In this document: piece by piece, positions 58,603 through 64,000 of the stretch | Position numbering within the stretch: the first letter of the stretch is position 1 | Layout: each line of letters opens with the position of its first letter | Source: an uncultured Limnohabitans sp. | GTDB taxonomy: Bacteria; Bacteroidota; Bacteroidia; Cytophagales; Cyclobacteriaceae | NCBI GenBank assembly: GCA_964530015.1 | Contig: CAZGYC010000005.1 | Location: 39,549 to 103,548 of the forward strand | Length of the DNA stretch: 64,000 bases | Reading direction: 5' to 3' | The notes under the pieces: generated by a model | Database searches by the model: none | Seen by the model: the letters and a program-made list of their open reading frames with translations, nothing else | Told to the model about the DNA's origin: nothing | Made by a program: the position numbers and the translations under genes

Positions 58603-59774
58603 TTAGCAAGTGGCGAACGGAGGATGATCTCTTGAAAAGCGGTGATGAATTTTTGTGCTGAAAAGTCTTTGGACCGGCGGTGGCCTGCCTGGATCAATCC
58701 GGGTCTCAGCGCGTTTTCACGCTCCAAAAGTATCATTTTTTCCGTCAAATCGGCTTGCACTCCGCTGGAGAACGCCAAACCTGCCCCTCCCGCCACTTCC
58801 ATCAGCGCGGGCTGGTCGGAATGGACCACCGGCACGCCAAAGCCCATCGCCTCCAAGACCGGGATGCCAAAGCCCTCATTTTCTGAGGGAAAGACGTAGG
58901 AAAAGGCCCCCTCATACAAGGCCCGCACTTCCCCGTCAGCCACATATCCGGGCAGCAGCACCCGGTCCTCCAGCCCCAGCTCCCGGACCATTTCCTCCAC
59001 GATCGGCAGGTCGTTCATCACCTTGCTCTGTCCCGGTCCGCCGGCCAGCACGAGTTTTTTATCCGAGCGGGTCTTGCCCAAAAAATCCGCATAGGCCCTG
59101 ACCAGCAAGGGCAGGTTCTTCCGCTTGTCAAAGGTGCCGATATGGAGGAAGTAGCCTCCCTTGTCCAGGTGGTTTTTTTGCAAAAAAGCCCCGGCACTTG
59201 CTCCATCCAGGCCTTTGGGGGCTTGGTAGACGACCGAGATCGGCAGCGAACTCCCCAGGTGCTCCAGGAGGGAGTTTTTGGCATATTCGGTCGTGGTGAT
59301 GATCTCCGTATTTTCCCTCAGCCCTTTTCGGATCAGGCTCAGGAAGTATTTCCTCCACCATCTCGGATAGTTTTGGGGCATCTGCCAAAAAAACGCATCG
59401 TGGACCACGGTCAGTCTCCGGCAGGGCAATGCCGCTGCCGGGGACACAAAGTCGGGGCAGAGCAGGACGTCCGGCTGGTGTTTTTTGACCAAGTCGGGAA
59501 GCTGAAACTCCTTCCACCGGAAATAGTCCAGGTGGTAGTTTAGCTTTTGGATTTTGGACTGGGGGCCTCGGTAGGTTTTGTCGCTTGCCTGCTCCTCGGG
59601 ATCGTGGGTAAAGACCCACTCAATCCCGGGATGCGGATAGGTCCGGGAGGCATGGGCCAGCTCCAGCATGTAGGTTTTGATCCCGGTGGTGGCGACGTTG
59701 AGGTATTGGAGATCGAGGAGGACTTTCAAACCGGAGAAATTTCGCCAAAGATAAACAGATTCAGCCAAACGCAT
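58599..59774 (-). CDS. GT4 glycosyltransferase
   Basis: TTGIKTY, IGTFDKRKN, EGFGIPVLEAM. Start uncertain (ATG 59774 or TTG 59729). Confidence 0.88.
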   Translation of the reverse strand: MRLAESVYLWRNFSGLKVLLDLQYLNVATTGIKTYMLELAHASRTYPHPGIEWVFTHDPEEQASDKTYRGPQSKIQKLNYHLDYFRWKEFQLPDLVKKHQPDVLLCPDFVSPAAALPCRRLTVVHDAFFWQMPQNYPRWWRKYFLSLIRKGLRENTEIITTTEYAKNSLLEHLGSSLPISVVYQAPKGLDGASAGAFLQKNHLDKGGYFLHIGTFDKRKNLPLLVRAYADFLGKTRSDKKLVLAGGPGQSKVMNDLPIVEEMVRELGLEDRVLLPGYVADGEVRALYEGAFSYVFPSENEGFGIPVLEAMGFGVPVVHSDQPALMEVAGGAGLAFSSGVQADLTEKMILLERENALRPGLIQAGHRRSKDFSAQKFITAFQEIILRSPLAK

Positions 59775-59845
59775 GGCCGCCTCCCGGTCAAGCCGCTTGT
59801 GGGGAAGCAGGACAACTGAACGGCACACCATCAGGCCTGCCCTTT

Positions 59846-60655
59846 TCAATACTCAGGCTCCTTAATCCCCCACTGGGATTTTTGCCTGAGATGAACAATG
59901 ACTTCAAGGTCAGCAGCAAAAGCTTTGGTTTTGTTTCCGAGTTTGGAAAGTAGCTTGAACATCAGATAGGGCGGCTTCAGCTCCCAATCCACGTAGTGAT
60001 AAGGATTGATCTGCACTTCGAAATCCGGGGAAAGCGTCTGAAAATAGGTCTTGATTTCGTTGGCGGAGTATTCTTTCCAGTGATGTCCATAGGTTACTTT
60101 TGAAAAGATATCGTCAACCGATACCCCGATAGACTTCATTAATAAGGTATTTTTGAGATTGCGGATATAGTTTGGCAATGCGAAGGCATTCGGTGTAGAC
60201 ACATAAATCACCCCCCCCGGCTTCAGGATCTGATAGATCCGTTTCCAAAAAACAATGGGATTGAAAGTGATGTGCTCCATGATCTCCGTAAATACCACCA
60301 AATCGTATTCATTTTCAACATTTTTAAACGCTTCCATTTTGGAGAGGTCGTTTTCGACGATGGGATTCAGCCTGAATTTTTCCGCTCTGGCTTTCACAAA
60401 GTCCATATCCCAGAATTCGGATACGTCCATGGCGTCCACTTCAAAACCCCTCTGCGCCAAGATCATGGATGAATGCAGGTAGTGGCTTCCAATGTCCAAC
60501 ACTCTGAGTCTTTCGCCTTTGGATGCAGCAGCATACTGAGTATCTAAATACGATACTAAACGGGCTTTCCTGTTTTGGTGAAATCTAAAATACTCCAGTT
60601 CATTGGCATGACCTGTTTGGTTGATTTCCTCGGCAATGGTTTGGAATACGCTCAT
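59846..60655 (-). CDS. Class I SAM-dependent methyltransferase
   Basis: VLDIGS, FTEIMEH, STPNA, HWKEYS. Confidence 0.9.
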   Translation of the reverse strand: MSVFQTIAEEINQTGHANELEYFRFHQNRKARLVSYLDTQYAAASKGERLRVLDIGSHYLHSSMILAQRGFEVDAMDVSEFWDMDFVKARAEKFRLNPIVENDLSKMEAFKNVENEYDLVVFTEIMEHITFNPIVFWKRIYQILKPGGVIYVSTPNAFALPNYIRNLKNTLLMKSIGVSVDDIFSKVTYGHHWKEYSANEIKTYFQTLSPDFEVQINPYHYVDWELKPPYLMFKLLSKLGNKTKAFAADLEVIVHLRQKSQWGIKEPEY

Positions 60656-61595
60656 TTTTTAAAGTAAAACGCAGCTTGATCACCCTGCTGGCGTTGGTTA
60701 AGGATTTTGGCGTGCTTTTCGAACGCCTTCAGCTGTGACTTCGAAAAGCTTTTGTGAGGATCCATGTCCACGAAAGCTTGTCCCTTTTTGTATAATTCTG
60801 TGATCCAAAATTGGTTCCCGATACTGTCAAATTCAAGCTTTTCCAAGGTCAATCCCACCGATTTTCCCAAGATCTCCATCCCCTTGACACTTGGGATAAA
60901 CAGATGCCGGGGTGCATCCACCTGAAACCAGTACTCACGCTCTTTTTTCCAGACAAGCGCGTCAGTTACCGGTAGCCTAGTCAAAACCCTGCCACCCGGA
61001 TTAAGAATCTCAGCTATCTTGGTAAAGGCCAGCCGGGGATTTTCCAAATGCTCAAAAGAATGGTGCAGCATGATCACGTCAAATCCCCCCCCCCCCCGCG
61101 AGTTGGCGTCACCTGATCCAGCGCAAGTCTTTTGATCTTCAGACGGGGGGTGTCCAGCTCTTCGGGGATAAAAGGATCAAACCCAAACAGATTTTGAAAC
61201 CCACAATAGGCCAGTTGCTTGAGCAGAACTCCGCTTCCGCAGCCGATGTCCGCAATACGCTCATGCTCATGGGTTCGGAGCTTTTTGATCCACGTGAGAT
61301 ACTGATTGTCCAGCAGCGATATTCCAGATTTTGAGATCTGATACCTTAGTTTCTTCAGACCTTGCTTAAAAGTAGAATCAGGGATTTCGGGTTTAAATGC
61401 GTAATAATCAGTCGGGTAATATTTCCCGAGATCTGCGGGTGTTGACTCTATCCACAACGATCCACAGTTCAGGCATTCCAGATAGGGGAAACTTCCGCCA
61501 ATGCCCAGCATCCTTTCCGAGGCACTGAAAGAAGAAGATTCTGGTGATCCACAGGCAGGACAGTTGGTTTGGTTCCCTGATTTTGTACTGGTCAT
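60652..61595 (-). pseudogene. Class I SAM-dependent methyltransferase split by a G13 tract (phase OFF)
   Basis: The N-half (CPACG, IADIGCGSG) and C-half (FDVIMLHHSFEH, DAPRHL) are out of frame across C13 at 61085-61097. Confidence 0.9.
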
Positions 61596-61689
61596 TGTGC
61601 AAATATAGGACTTAGTCAGAAAGCAGAAACCAACTGAAAAAAACAGACGACTATTTTCCCGTTCTCGGGGATGGTGCAGAATTGGCCAA

Positions 61690-62565
61690 TCATTTTTTCA
61701 ATACGATCCACTGATTGACCCGAAAGAAATTTTGGATCAGCCGGTTGAGTTTTTTGCCCATCGGCATGTTGTATCGGAGCAAGTTCCCCAGTTTTTCGCC
61801 CAAAGTGTGGGTGAAGTGATCGACTACCTGCAATCCTTCTTCTTTGCAAAGTGATGCGAGGACGTTTTTTGGAAAGATAAAGGTGTGTTCCAGCCCATCG
61901 ATAATATCGGGGACCTGCAATCGGAGCAGCTTGGACCATCTGTGAAAACGGTACAGGTTGCTGGAGATATCGGGTGTCCCAATGGCGATCATTCCACCTG
62001 GTTTTACGATCCGTTTCATTTCCTGAACATAGGCTCTCGGATCCAAGACATGCTCAATCACGTGGGAAATATGGATAAAGTCAAAAAAGTCTTCAGGAAA
62101 ACTTGCTGTCCAAACATCCCCCCTGAAAGTTTTCACATCAAAATGAGCCGATACAAAATCAAGTGCTCCCTGGTCAAATTCTGTGGCATACAGTTCGCAG
62201 TCAAATTGGTTTGCATACGCCAAGCCCAATCCCAAGCCACAGCCGATATCCAGGAATTTTGAGCCCGGAACCAAGCCGCTCAGATATCTTGCTTCTTTTT
62301 TTATCGTCTCGGATGGTAGGCTTTTAATTCTGGAAAAATGATTCAAAATCAGGGCCTCGTAGTCCATCGCCTCATAATGATCCTTCTCGTAGTAGTGATG
62401 GTAATACTCTTCCAGTTCCTTCCCATCGGCCATGGGGTTCGCAAAGACCAGCTTGCAGGAGTTGCACTGCACCCGGGAGATGTGCGGCCCCTTTCTCTTT
62501 GTGTCGATGGCATAGCCTCTGAGATTTTCCGAATTGCAGATCGGACAGGTTTTATAAAGGATCAT
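61690..62565 (-). CDS. Class I SAM-dependent methyltransferase
   Basis: CPIC...CNSC, LDIGCGLG, SHVIEH. Confidence 0.9.
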   Translation of the reverse strand: MILYKTCPICNSENLRGYAIDTKRKGPHISRVQCNSCKLVFANPMADGKELEEYYHHYYEKDHYEAMDYEALILNHFSRIKSLPSETIKKEARYLSGLVPGSKFLDIGCGLGLGLAYANQFDCELYATEFDQGALDFVSAHFDVKTFRGDVWTASFPEDFFDFIHISHVIEHVLDPRAYVQEMKRIVKPGGMIAIGTPDISSNLYRFHRWSKLLRLQVPDIIDGLEHTFIFPKNVLASLCKEEGLQVVDHFTHTLGEKLGNLLRYNMPMGKKLNRLIQNFFRVNQWIVLKK

Positions 62566-63955
62566 GTTTTTCTGTTTTTTTCAGGAAAGAATACTCGTTG
62601 ATACTGGCCCCGATCATCCACCAGGACATCCAGGAGACGTAGGTGTAGATTTCCACATTGGCCGTGAAAAGGGGCAGAAGCAGGCCCACTTTGACCACCG
62701 CCCCGGTAAAGGAGACCCTCGCCATACCCAGCTTGTCGGTGGTCCGAAAGACATGGATGGAGTTTTTCACCCCGGATCCCAGGAGCAGGATGTACAGCAG
62801 CATCCCCGCCCAGCCCAACTGCACGCCATAGATCAAGAATTGGTTTTCGCCGCCTACTCTAAGCTCCTCCGACACGCTGCCAAAGTTGCCGCTCATCGCC
62901 AAGCCGATGCCCAGGGGATTGGCCACCATGGAGTCCAGGGCGAGGAGCCACTCCACCACATGTCCCACGCTGGAGTCACTTTCAAAAGTCAAGGTATCCA
63001 ACACGAAGTAGTAGAATTCCTCCGAGGCAAAAAACAGGATATACGCCACAAAAGCCAACAGCACGAGCAGTCCAAAGCCGATCAGCCGGTACAGCCTGAA
63101 AACCAGGGCCACAAAGAACACCATGATAAAAAAGGCCCCAAATGCCGCCCGGGAGGACGAAAAGACCAGACTGCCGAGGGAGCATCCCATGACCAGCAGA
63201 TACGGCCACGTGTATTCTTTTTTCGAAGTCAAAAACCAGATCAACCCGGCCGCAAAACCCATCAGCACGGAGCTGGCCAACTCCAGCGGATCCGAGAAAA
63301 ATCCCGCCAGACGCTTGGTGACCGCCTGGGTCTCAAAGGTCCAGGTCAGCCCGAAATTCCCCGTGGGATCGATGCCGTTGATCTCCCGATTGTACACCGC
63401 ATAGCCACTGAACTGCTGCAAATGCGCATCGAGGACAAAGCTCTCCGCACAGTTGACCAAAAACCCCAAGATGGCGATGACAAAAATGATCCGAAAAAGC
63501 CAATGGACCTCCCGGTCGCCAAAGCGCGTGTTCCTTCCCAGAAAATAGACCAGGCCCGGGAGGAGCATGCTTTTGTAATACAGGGCCTTGTTGGCAAAGG
63601 AAGCGGCTCCCAAGGGCAACAACAGGTACAGAAATCCCAGGCCCAACAGCGCCAGCATCAGCCAGTCGGTGGACTGCAGGCGAAAGGGGTAATTGAAGAT
63701 CTTTCTTTGATAAAAGACAAAGACCAAGACCGCCAGAAGAACCACCAGCTCCTTGAGGGACTGGAAGACAAGCAGCAGCTCCGGGGATCCCGTGGCCAGA
63801 TAGACGATACTCAGGCTGGTGATGTAAAAGGGCAGGTAGGCCGCCAGAAAGAAGACAAAATAGCTCCATTTGCCCTCGAAAATGACCGTTTTCAAGATCC
63901 ACAAAAATCCCGTGCCAAGGGTCAGGGAAAGGAGGACAAAGGTGGTTTCGATCAT
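62552..63955 (-). CDS. O-antigen polymerase/ligase-like (Wzy_C) membrane protein
   Basis: Many TM helices, SSSRAA, DSSVGH, GIGL periplasmic loop; sits in a glycan locus. Confidence 0.75.
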   Translation of the reverse strand: MIETTFVLLSLTLGTGFLWILKTVIFEGKWSYFVFFLAAYLPFYITSLSIVYLATGSPELLLVFQSLKELVVLLAVLVFVFYQRKIFNYPFRLQSTDWLMLALLGLGFLYLLLPLGAASFANKALYYKSMLLPGLVYFLGRNTRFGDREVHWLFRIIFVIAILGFLVNCAESFVLDAHLQQFSGYAVYNREINGIDPTGNFGLTWTFETQAVTKRLAGFFSDPLELASSVLMGFAAGLIWFLTSKKEYTWPYLLVMGCSLGSLVFSSSRAAFGAFFIMVFFVALVFRLYRLIGFGLLVLLAFVAYILFFASEEFYYFVLDTLTFESDSSVGHVVEWLLALDSMVANPLGIGLAMSGNFGSVSEELRVGGENQFLIYGVQLGWAGMLLYILLLGSGVKNSIHVFRTTDKLGMARVSFTGAVVKVGLLLPLFTANVEIYTYVSWMSWWMIGASINEYSFLKKTEKHDPL

Positions 63956-64000
63956 TTGGGAACGGGACTGACTGGGCTAAGATCGGCAAATATGGAGATA
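63952..64000 (-). CDS. Probable 3' end of the upstream gene (window edge)
   Basis: Open frame ISIFADLSPVSPVPK* whose TGA overlaps the next ATG. Confidence 0.35.
   Translation of the reverse strand, partial: ISIFADLSPVSPVPK

Overview
Chromosomal window from a Bacteroidota bacterium. The gene content (T9SS PorP/SprF, RprXY, TonB-dependent receptor) and protein style point to Cyclobacteriaceae, Algoriphagus-like; this is inferred, not from a database. No rRNA, tRNA, CRISPR array or transposase was recognised. Left part (1-20.5 kb): a signalling cluster with two giant beta-propeller sensor kinases, a kinase remnant, a membrane kinase, three near-identical stand-alone receivers and a receiver-adenylate cyclase. 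It is interrupted by a DUF1624 gene and a three-gene 2-oxoacid oxidoreductase operon. Middle: envelope and periplasmic enzymes, a TonB-receptor/LytTR operon, four toxin-antitoxin modules (two with damaged toxins), T9SS cargo with two PorP/SprF genes, lysA, rprXY, rlmF and osmC. Right end: the distal part of a surface-polysaccharide locus with four SAM methyltransferases, one split by a G13 tract, and a low-GC GxxExxY nuclease-like gene between structured repeats. The best leads are the GxxExxY repeat-flanked cassette with related solo repeats, the G13 phase-variable methyltransferase, the multi-kinase/three-receiver/adenylate-cyclase network, an in-frame palindrome inside a kinase gene, and several diverged gene-end scars next to accessory genes. 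All coordinates and alignments were read by eye.
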